Source: a virus (Duplodnaviria > Caudoviricetes). Taken from it: a DNA stretch of 55,939 nt. The notes below the pieces were generated by a model, which saw nothing but the letters and a program-made list of their open reading frames with translations, did no database searches and was not told where the DNA came from. The stretch is from the IMG/VR virus record IMGVR_UViG_3300042987_002196, positions 1 through 55,939 of that record, one strand, 5' to 3'. Both the position numbers and the translations under genes were made by a program. Shown in pieces: positions 9,366 through 17,018 of this stretch (positions are counted from its first letter, which is position 1; each line of letters begins with the position of its first letter).

Positions 9366-9608
9366 ATGCCTGCCCCTTCCTTCCGCATCGAAACGTTCCG
9401 TGGCACGGCCGCCGGATGGGCGCCCGCCTCGCCCGCCGCTGTCAGTGCTGATACGGCCGCCCGTCGGCTCCGCCTGTATCAGGCCGTACGCGGCGACGCC
9501 CGCCTGTATCGGGTCGCGCCCGTGATCCTGCCGGGCGAATCTGCCGCCGCTGTCGCCGCCCTGCCGCGCCCCGTTGTCACCGGCGCCGCCCTTCCGGCGA
9601 TCGCCTGA
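9366..9608 (+). CDS. Hypothetical protein (80 aa)
   Basis: ATG follows CCATCGCATCTAACACC leader. Confidence 0.65.
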   Translation: MPAPSFRIETFRGTAAGWAPASPAAVSADTAARRLRLYQAVRGDARLYRVAPVILPGESAAAVAALPRPVVTGAALPAIA

Positions 9609-9633
9609 CCCTTCCCCATCGCATCTATCACCC

Positions 9634-9864
9634 ATGGCACGTATCACGCCCAATCAGCTCCACAAGGCCGCCGAGCGGGTCAGTTGCGCCCTCTACGGCG
9701 ACAGCCGCCCTAGCGAAATCTTCTGCCAACGTTCGGCCACCGGTTGGCACGTCATGCGCCGGTTCGGCGCCGGAGCTCAGCCGCTCGGCGAATGCTTAAC
9801 GCCCGGCGAGGCTCAGCAGTTGCTGAGCGGTCTGGCCATCGGCGCCGCCCTCGTTCGGTCATGA
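9634..9864 (+). CDS. Hypothetical protein (76 aa)
   Basis: ATG follows CCCATCGCATCTATCACCC leader. Confidence 0.7.
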   Translation: MARITPNQLHKAAERVSCALYGDSRPSEIFCQRSATGWHVMRRFGAGAQPLGECLTPGEAQQLLSGLAIGAALVRS

Positions 9865-10037
9865 CCCGCCCCGATCGCGCCCCGTGGCGCCAGTTACCGG
9901 CGGGCATGGTTGCCTCGTCCGATCCGGCCATGGCCGATCAGCTCGCCGCGATTCTCGCCGCCTACGCCGCCCGCGTCGCCGCCGGCCACCACGCCGCGCC
10001 ATCGCCTGATCGTTGGGCGATCAGCGACCGCGACTGA
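9861..10037 (+). CDS. Hypothetical protein (58 aa)
   Basis: ATGA overlap with upstream gene. Confidence 0.5.
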   Translation: MTRPDRAPWRQLPAGMVASSDPAMADQLAAILAAYAARVAAGHHAAPSPDRWAISDRD

Positions 10038-10067
10038 TCGCCCGCCCATCCCATCGTACCTAGCACC

Positions 10068-10631
10068 ATGCCTACTGTTCAGACCTGCCGCGTCGCCACC
10101 AAGATGGGCGACGCTATGGCGCCCGCCCATTGGGTGGGCCAATGGGTCGCCCTGACCCCGCCCTGTGATTCCGCCCGCCATTTCCCGGTTTGCCGCGGCC
10201 AATGGGTGATCACCCATAGGGCATCAGGCCTTAGCGCCGGGACTCTTCGCTGCAGCAAGCGGCGGGCCGCTGAGATCGCCCGCCAATGGGATCACCGGTT
10301 CGCGCTGATCGATCCTGCCGACGCCCGCGCCTGGCCGTTCGCCCGCCAATGGGCCGATCTGGTTGCGTCGATTAATGCACCATGGCGCGATCCGGCGCCC
10401 GCCGCCAATGATTCCACCGAGACCGCTTGTGAGCTCGCCGCCCGCGCCGGTCTGCCGATCGATCAGGCCGGCGGCGCCCGCCGGATCTGGTGGCGCGGCA
10501 AATTCTGGCCGCCCCCCACCAACGGCGAGCTCGAGCTCTGGACTCTGGACAGCTGCTGCGAGACGCCCGACGGCCGAACTGTTGAGCCGGACGCGCCCGA
10601 TTCTTGGCTGTCGATTCTCCGCCTGATCTGA
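10068..10631 (+). CDS. Hypothetical Trp-rich protein
   Basis: Leader motif; C-terminal WTLDSCCETPDGRTVEPDAPDSWL. Confidence 0.7.
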   Translation: MPTVQTCRVATKMGDAMAPAHWVGQWVALTPPCDSARHFPVCRGQWVITHRASGLSAGTLRCSKRRAAEIARQWDHRFALIDPADARAWPFARQWADLVASINAPWRDPAPAANDSTETACELAARAGLPIDQAGGARRIWWRGKFWPPPTNGELELWTLDSCCETPDGRTVEPDAPDSWLSILRLI

Positions 10632-10650
10632 TCACCCCGCACCTAACACC

Positions 10651-11718
10651 ATGCCCGCCGCTCTGATCCGCTCAAACGCCCGCGTTGCCCTGCCCGCCGA
10701 CGTGGCCGCCCATCTCGCTCGGTTCGGCCTGACCCTGGCCGACGTGCTGACAGACTCGAACCAGAAGCTAGGCAAAGGCGCCGAGATCGCCCGCGCCGTC
10801 ATTCACCACGGATTGCCGGGCCGCGCCCTCGCCGCCGCGATCGATCCCGCGAACCGGTCGACCGTGGCGCCCCGCGGCCATCTCGCCGCCCTCGCCGCCC
10901 TCGCCGATCGCGAGGGTATGACGGCCGCCGCGTCGGTGTTCAATGCCTGCCCGTGGGCTACGGAAGGTTGCGCGTCGGCCTGTCTAGCGTGGGCCGGCCA
11001 CGGCGGATTGTCGCCCGCGGTCGCCGCCGCCCGTGGCCGCCGGACTCTGGCAATGATCGCCGACCCCGCCCTCTACGGCCGGGCGATCCTATGGGCGATC
11101 GCCCGCCAATGGTCCCGCGCCCAGGCCGACGGTCTGCCCCTGGCCGTTCGGCTCCGTGGCACGGATGATCAGCCATGGCACGTTCGGCGGTTAAATGTCG
11201 ATCTGCCGGAGGCGATCGCGATCCGTCGCCGGTTCGGTCTGCTGATCGCGAACGGCGAGGGCCGGACTCTGGCCGAGCTGCTGTCGCCGGCCACGGCCGA
11301 CGGATCGATTCGCCTATATGAATACAGCAAAGCGCCGGTCGACGGGCCGCTCGGTCTGATCGCGCAACGGGCCGCCGGCTGGGATATCACCGCCAGCCTG
11401 GCCGGCGATCGCCCGACGGCCGCCGCCGACGCGATGGCCGCCGCCCTCGCCGGCTTCCGTCTCGCCGTGCCGATCGATCTACCTAAGGGCGCCCCGATCC
11501 CGGCCCGCGTGCTGATCAGCCATGGCGGCCAGACCGCCGCCCTGCGGGCGATCGATGGCGACGCCACCGACCACCGGTGGGCGGATCCTGCGCCCGTGGC
11601 TGTGATCCTGAGGGCGAAGCGATCCCGCGGCGCTGATCCGAACCTGGCCGGATTCATCCTGCCCAACGCGCCGCTAGTCCGCCTGCCCGACGGAATCATT
11701 CAGCTGATGCCCGCGTGA
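10651..11718 (+). CDS. GP88-like protein with Cys cluster
   Basis: SNQKLGK, CPWATEGCASACL, VRLRGTDD, YEYSK resemble the phage gene-product-88 family. Confidence 0.65.
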   Translation: MPAALIRSNARVALPADVAAHLARFGLTLADVLTDSNQKLGKGAEIARAVIHHGLPGRALAAAIDPANRSTVAPRGHLAALAALADREGMTAAASVFNACPWATEGCASACLAWAGHGGLSPAVAAARGRRTLAMIADPALYGRAILWAIARQWSRAQADGLPLAVRLRGTDDQPWHVRRLNVDLPEAIAIRRRFGLLIANGEGRTLAELLSPATADGSIRLYEYSKAPVDGPLGLIAQRAAGWDITASLAGDRPTAAADAMAAALAGFRLAVPIDLPKGAPIPARVLISHGGQTAALRAIDGDATDHRWADPAPVAVILRAKRSRGADPNLAGFILPNAPLVRLPDGIIQLMPA

Positions 11719-11742
11719 TCCGTTCCGGCGATCGATCGACCG

Positions 11743-11766
11743 GCCCGCCAGTTCGGCGGGCTTTTT
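11743..11766 (+). terminator. Rho-independent terminator of the island operon
   Basis: GCCCGCC-AGTTC-GGCGGGC-TTTTT. Confidence 0.85.
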
Positions 11767-11775
11767 AGTTTGCAT

Positions 11776-11802
11776 AAAGAAAGGGGGGCAATTGCCCCCC
11801 TA
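11776..11802 (-). terminator. Terminator for the minus-strand small gene
   Basis: GGGGGGCAATTGCCCCCC palindrome followed on the minus strand by TTTCTTT. Confidence 0.65.
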
Positions 11803-11803
11803 T

Positions 11804-11953
11804 TTAGTATTCAGTTTCGAGATCGATTGCTTCGATCTCTTTAATTAATGCTCGCGTCCGTTTGAGTAACTCTTGCGTCCGACGGTTCGACTCTTCATCG
11901 ATGCGGCGCAGTTCTTCTAATCGAGCTGCGAACATATCAGCGATTGATTGCAT
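11804..11953 (-). CDS. 49-aa charged helical protein (not in ORF track)
   Basis: MQSIADMFAARLEELRRIDEESNRRTQELLKRTRALIKEIEAIDLETEY; TATAAT in palindrome at 11994-12004 upstream, terminator downstream. Confidence 0.65.
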   Translation of the reverse strand: MQSIADMFAARLEELRRIDEESNRRTQELLKRTRALIKEIEAIDLETEY

Positions 11954-12072
11954 AAATTAAAGTGCAACGAAAAGTGAGCAGAACTGCTCACACTATAATT
12001 ATAGCAAATACTGGCGCGATCGGGCGAGATTGTAACAATTCTTAATGAGTAGTTCCGTACTACTCTCGGGTA

Positions 12073-12233
12073 AGAATGATTCTCATTCTCGCGGCCCCGC
12101 CGTTTAATGAGAATGATTCTCATTCTCCTGGCCATGGGTATTGAGAATGATTCTCATTCTCGCGGCCCCGGCTTATTGATTCTCAATTGCAAGTGTTATT
12201 GATTCTCAATGGGTCCCTGCAAATGATTCTCAG
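12073..12233. promoter_or_regulatory. Cluster of Fur-box-like sites
   Basis: GAGAATGATTCTCATTCTC at 12109 and 12143, near copy at 12073, degenerate TTATTGATTCTCAAT at 12173 and 12196; reverse complement matches GATAATGATAATCATTATC at 16/19. Confidence 0.65.
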
Positions 12234-12260
12234 CGGGGGTGAATTCGAATCTCGTTATTG
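12211..12260 (+). other. Candidate cos region
   Basis: GGGTCCCT (lambda cosQ is GGGTCCT) ~220 bp upstream of a lambda-type terminase. Confidence 0.4.
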
Positions 12261-12430
12261 ATCTAGGCATCGGCCGCGCAACTTGGTTTGAGTCCAGCCT
12301 GTCTCACGCAAAGACCCCCCTTTCCCCGCCAACGAGGCAACCGACCAGACTACCCTCCAGGACAGCGTTTTGGGGAGAGTGTCAACCAAGACTGTAAACC
12401 TGTAACATCGGTTCACATCAACGGCATCCC

Positions 12431-12967
12431 GTGCCGCTCATCACCAAGTCAGAGGCGGCCGACGCGCTGGGCGTGTCCCGCACGGCGGTCTACAAGGCGA
12501 TCAAGCAGGGCCGGCTCCCGGTCGTGCGGACCTCTGATGGCAAGGAGCTGATCAAGTCCGAGACGCTGCGCGAGGACTGGTTCGCCAACACCATGGCCAA
12601 GATCGGCGTTGGCCCCAAGCCGCCGATGGGCGAGACCGCCTTTCCTCCAGAGCGACCCAAGCGAGACCGATCACTCACCGAGCCCGAACCCGGTGACATT
12701 GTCCCCGACTACAACGAAAGCCGAGCCCGCACCGAGTACCTCAAGGCCGAGCTGCTTGAGCTGGAGCGCAAGGAGAAGGAAGGGCTGCTGGTGCGGGCGG
12801 CCGAGGTCGAGGCGAAGTGGGTCGAGGTAATCACGATCAGCCGCACCAAGGTGCTCGGCATCGCCAGCAAGGCGAAGCAGCGGATCCCCGATCTCACCCA
12901 AGATCAGATCGCGATCTTGGAAGACATCGTGCGCGAGGCGCTCGAGGAGCTGGCGAGCGATGGCTGA
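12431..12967 (+). CDS. terS: Terminase small subunit (HTH plus Nu1-like coiled coil)
   Basis: SEAADALGVSRTAVYKAI HTH; ESRARTEYLKAELLELE...EGLLV; overlaps terL. Confidence 0.88.
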   Translation: MPLITKSEAADALGVSRTAVYKAIKQGRLPVVRTSDGKELIKSETLREDWFANTMAKIGVGPKPPMGETAFPPERPKRDRSLTEPEPGDIVPDYNESRARTEYLKAELLELERKEKEGLLVRAAEVEAKWVEVITISRTKVLGIASKAKQRIPDLTQDQIAILEDIVREALEELASDG

Positions 12968-14813
12968 CATCAGCGACATCGCGAAGGCCGCGCTGCAGGC
13001 GTGGAAGCCACCGGAGAAACTGACGCTGAGCGAGTGGGCAGACCGGTATTTCTACCTATCGGCGGAGTCGAGCGCTGAGGCCGGCCGCTGGCACACGCTG
13101 CCCTACCAGAAGGGCATCATGAACGCGATCACGGATCCAGCGATCGAGCAGATCTCGGTGATGAAGAGCGCTCGAGTGGGATACACCAAGTGCCTCAACG
13201 CCTGCATCGCGTTCCACATCCACCAGGATCCGTGCCCGATGATGCTGGTGCAGCCGACGATCGAGGACGCCCAGGGCTACTCGAAAGAGGAGATCGCGCC
13301 GATGCTGCGCGACGTGCCGGTGCTCAAGGGATTGGTGAGCGACAGCAAGGCCAAGGACGGCGCCAACACGATCCTGCAGAAGCAGTATCCGGGCGGCACT
13401 CTCGGCCTGGTGGGTGCTAACTCGCCGCGGGGCTTCCGTCGTGTGAGCCGCCGGATTGTGATGTTCGACGAGACCGACGGCTACCCACCGAGTGCTGGCC
13501 CCGAGGGCGACCAGATCAAGCTCGGTATCCGACGGACGGAGTATTACTGGAACCGCAAGATCGTGGCTGGGTCGACGCCGACCCTCAAGGACGCGAGTCG
13601 GATCGAGCGGCTGTTCAGCCAGGGCGACCAGCGGCGGTATTTCGTGCCCTGCCCCGATTGCGGACACATGCAATACCTGAAGTGGGCAAACATGCGCTGG
13701 GACGATCAGCTGTCGCCAGTGAATTACGTGTGCGAGAGCTGCGGCGTCCTGATCCCGCATTCAAAGAAGCGCTGGATGGTGGAGCGCGGCCAGTGGCGGG
13801 CGACAGCACCGGGCAACGGCAAGCACGCGAGCTTCCACATCTGGGCGGCCTACAGCTACTCACCGAACGCCAGCTGGGACAACCTGCGCGATGAATTCCT
13901 CGAGGCGAAGTCTGACCCTGAAGCGCTGAAGACGTTCGTCAACACGGTGCTTGGCGAGAGCTGGGAGGACGATTATGCGGCGAAGGTGGGCGCCGACAGC
14001 CTGCTGGAGCGTGCGGAGTTCTACGAGAGCCAGATGGTGCCGGCCGAGGCATCAGCGGTGACGATCGGATGCGACGTGCAGGACAACAGGCTGAGCCTGT
14101 CGATCTGGGCATGGGGCCGCGAAGAAGAAGGCTGGCTGATCGATCGCCAGGTGATTCACGGCGACCCGAGCCGGCCGGAGCCGTGGAAGCAGCTGGATGA
14201 GATTTTGCTGAAGCCGTTCAAGCATGCGCTGGGCGCCGAGATCAGGCCGGACGTTGTCTGCATCGACTCTGGCGGCCACCACACAATGGAGGTGTACCAA
14301 TACGCGAGGGAGCGCCAGAACATGGGCGTGATCGCGATCAAGGGTCAGAGCCAGAAGGGCAAGCCACCGATCGGCAAGCCAGCGAAGGTGGATCTGAACC
14401 ACAAGGGCAAGGCGCTGAAGAAAGGCGCTGAGGTGTATCCGGTCGGATCTGACACGGTGAAGAGCCTGCTGTTTGGCCGGTTGAAGCACAACGAGCCTGG
14501 GCCGGGCTACCTGCACTTCTATGCAGAAGCCGGGAAGGAGTATTTCGAGGAACTGACTGCAGAAAAGCAGATCACAAGGTTCGTGCGGGGCTACCCCGAA
14601 AGGGTATGGGTAAAGAAATCAAGCCAGCGCAATGAAGCGTTAGACGAACTGGTTTATGCGTACGCAGGATTAAATCGGCTGTACCAGCGGTACGACCGAA
14701 GAACAATCTGGGATCAGCTGGAGAAACGGCTCGAAAAGCCCGTAGAAAGGGAGCGAAAGGCCCCGCTAAGATCGAACAAGGCTCCAAAACGGAGTTTTGT
14801 CCGCCAGTGGTGA
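12960..14813 (+). CDS. terL: Terminase large subunit, lambda gpA family
   Basis: KSARVGYT Walker A, MFDETD, GSTPT, IGCDVQ, RNEALD. Confidence 0.97.
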   Translation: MADISDIAKAALQAWKPPEKLTLSEWADRYFYLSAESSAEAGRWHTLPYQKGIMNAITDPAIEQISVMKSARVGYTKCLNACIAFHIHQDPCPMMLVQPTIEDAQGYSKEEIAPMLRDVPVLKGLVSDSKAKDGANTILQKQYPGGTLGLVGANSPRGFRRVSRRIVMFDETDGYPPSAGPEGDQIKLGIRRTEYYWNRKIVAGSTPTLKDASRIERLFSQGDQRRYFVPCPDCGHMQYLKWANMRWDDQLSPVNYVCESCGVLIPHSKKRWMVERGQWRATAPGNGKHASFHIWAAYSYSPNASWDNLRDEFLEAKSDPEALKTFVNTVLGESWEDDYAAKVGADSLLERAEFYESQMVPAEASAVTIGCDVQDNRLSLSIWAWGREEEGWLIDRQVIHGDPSRPEPWKQLDEILLKPFKHALGAEIRPDVVCIDSGGHHTMEVYQYARERQNMGVIAIKGQSQKGKPPIGKPAKVDLNHKGKALKKGAEVYPVGSDTVKSLLFGRLKHNEPGPGYLHFYAEAGKEYFEELTAEKQITRFVRGYPERVWVKKSSQRNEALDELVYAYAGLNRLYQRYDRRTIWDQLEKRLEKPVERERKAPLRSNKAPKRSFVRQW

Positions 14814-14817
14814 GGCC

Positions 14818-15402
14818 GTGAAGATTCCTTCCAAAATCCGGGCAGGTGACACGGTGGTGTGGCTCGACGAGCCCACGGTGGATGTGTTTGGCGCAGCCAT
14901 CGACAGTTCGACCCATACCCTCACCTACTACCTGCGCACCAACACCGCGAGTGAGGGTGCAACCGTGGTCGGCGTAGCTGAAGGCAGCGGTTGGAAGGTA
15001 ACCCTCCCTGCTAATACAACCGCGAACTTCGACGCAGGCACTTGGTATTTCCAGGCGGTCGGCACAGCCGTTGCCGGAGGTGCCAAGACAACCCTCGGCT
15101 CGGGGCAGATCGAAGTTCTTCCCAGCCTCAGCTACGCCGGCACCCCCGGCGCGTTCGATGGCCGCAGCCAGGCGCAGAAAGATCTGGATGCAGTGCAGTC
15201 GGCAATTCGCAGCTTGATGAGCGGCGGTGCGGTGCAGGAGTACCGGATCGGCACTCGCAACCTGAAGCGCTATGACCTGGCCGAGCTGCTGGCGCTTGAA
15301 TCACGGCTCAAGGCTGTGGTCGCCCGCGAGGGCAAGGCGGCGATGATCGCCAACGGCCTGGGTAATCCCCACAACCTGTTTGTTCGCTTCGGTGGCCGCT
15401 GA
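14818..15402 (+). CDS. Head-tail joining protein with gpW-like C-terminus
   Basis: Between terL and portal; VQEYRIGTRNLKRYDLAELL. Confidence 0.75.
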   Translation: MKIPSKIRAGDTVVWLDEPTVDVFGAAIDSSTHTLTYYLRTNTASEGATVVGVAEGSGWKVTLPANTTANFDAGTWYFQAVGTAVAGGAKTTLGSGQIEVLPSLSYAGTPGAFDGRSQAQKDLDAVQSAIRSLMSGGAVQEYRIGTRNLKRYDLAELLALESRLKAVVAREGKAAMIANGLGNPHNLFVRFGGR

Positions 15403-17018
15403 TGGGACTCCGCACTCGCGTAATGACCGCCCTTGGATTCGGGCCAAAGCAGCAGCCGGAGCAGCCGCGTCGCCGGCGCCGCACCTATGCCGGCGCGATC
15501 ATCAACCGACTGACCAGCGACTGGATCAGCAACGGCACCAGCGCTGACGCTGAGATCAAGACGAGCCTGCGCAAGCTGCGTGATCGCAGCCGCCAGATGG
15601 TGCGGGACAACCCGTATGCACGGCAGGCGAAGCGCACCACGCAGATCAACGTGGTCGGCCAAGGCGTCAAGCTGCAGTCGCAGGTGATGAGCCTGCGCGG
15701 TAACAAGCGGGACGATCGGATCAATGGGCTGATCGAAGCGAAGTGGGAGCGCTGGTGCCGCAAGGACCACTGCGATGTGGCTGGCAAGAGCAGCTTCAAC
15801 ATCTTTGAATGGCTGGCAGTTGGCGCCCTGCCCGAGAGCGGCGAGGTGCTGTTCAGAATCCACCGCAAGCCGTTCGGCGGCAGCAAGGTGCCTATCGCCC
15901 TGGAGATCATCGAGAGCGACCTGCTCGACGATGAGTACAACGGCGCAGTGAGCGCCAAGGGCAACGAGTGGCGCATGGGGGTCGAGATCGACCGCTACGG
16001 CCGGCCGGTGCAGTATGCCTTCCTGACGCGGCATCCGGGCGATTACTGGTTTGCGGGCTCCACCGAGAAGGCCGGCTCGAAGCATGTCTTCCTGCCGGCC
16101 AAGGACGTGATTCATTTGTTCGTGCCGGAACGCCCGTCGCAGCACCGCGGTGTGCCCTGGTTTGCGCCGGTGATCACCGATGCCCACCAGCTGGCCGGCT
16201 ATGAAGAGGCTGCGGTGGTGCGTGCTCGTGCCGCCAGCTCGATCATGGGCTTCGTGAATTCGCCTGAAGGTGAGCTCGAGGCTGATGACGTTGAAGGCGA
16301 ACAGCGGATCACCGAGTTTGAGCCTGGGGTCTTCAAGTACCTCGAGCCTGGCCAAAGCGTGACGGTGCCGGATCTCAAGTCACCAGACGCGCAGTACGAA
16401 GAGTTTGTGCGGGCCAAGACGCGCCGGTTCGCGTCGGGCTTCGGTTGCTCGTACGAGACCTTGTCGAGGGATTTCAGTGAGACGAACTACAGCAGCAGCC
16501 GCCTGAGCCTGCTTGAGGACCGTGACCACTGGAAGGTGGTGCAGCAGTACCTGATCGAGAACTTCCACATGCGGGTGTTCCGCGAGTGGCTGGATGTGGC
16601 GGTGCTGAGCGGTGAGCTGGCTCTGCCGGATTACGAGCTACGGCCTGAGCGTTACGACAGCCCGAAATGGCTGGCCCGCGGCTGGAGCTGGGTGGATCCA
16701 CTCAAGGAAGTCAAGGCTTACCGCGAAATGGAAATGGCGGGTTATATGACGAAGGCACAGATCTGCGCTCAGCTGGGCGGTGATCTGGATGACAACCTTC
16801 AGCAGATTGCACGCGAGCGCAAGACTGCTACCGACCTCGGCGTTTCACTGGATGCCGACATCAATCCGGCTGCTCCCCTTCCCCAGGAGCAGCCGGTAGG
16901 CGGGGAGGCCGCGAGCCCCACCGATGAGCTTCCCCGCCGCCCCGCCAGATCGCGTCGCAAGAAAGCGTCTAAGGTGGATGAAGTTCAATCTGAGCGTCCA
17001 GAAGGACCGCTTAACTGA
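15402..17018 (+). CDS. Portal protein, lambda family
   Basis: RDRSRQMVRDNPYA, RGVPWFAP, NYSSSR, WVDPLKE. Confidence 0.96.
   Translation: MGLRTRVMTALGFGPKQQPEQPRRRRRTYAGAIINRLTSDWISNGTSADAEIKTSLRKLRDRSRQMVRDNPYARQAKRTTQINVVGQGVKLQSQVMSLRGNKRDDRINGLIEAKWERWCRKDHCDVAGKSSFNIFEWLAVGALPESGEVLFRIHRKPFGGSKVPIALEIIESDLLDDEYNGAVSAKGNEWRMGVEIDRYGRPVQYAFLTRHPGDYWFAGSTEKAGSKHVFLPAKDVIHLFVPERPSQHRGVPWFAPVITDAHQLAGYEEAAVVRARAASSIMGFVNSPEGELEADDVEGEQRITEFEPGVFKYLEPGQSVTVPDLKSPDAQYEEFVRAKTRRFASGFGCSYETLSRDFSETNYSSSRLSLLEDRDHWKVVQQYLIENFHMRVFREWLDVAVLSGELALPDYELRPERYDSPKWLARGWSWVDPLKEVKAYREMEMAGYMTKAQICAQLGGDLDDNLQQIARERKTATDLGVSLDADINPAAPLPQEQPVGGEAASPTDELPRRPARSRRKKASKVDEVQSERPEGPLN

Noticed and set aside
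15270-16355. Long antisense ORFs (also 29184-30011, 52850-53689, 36297-37001)
   Set aside because: High-GC shadow or alternate frames overlapping well-supported genes
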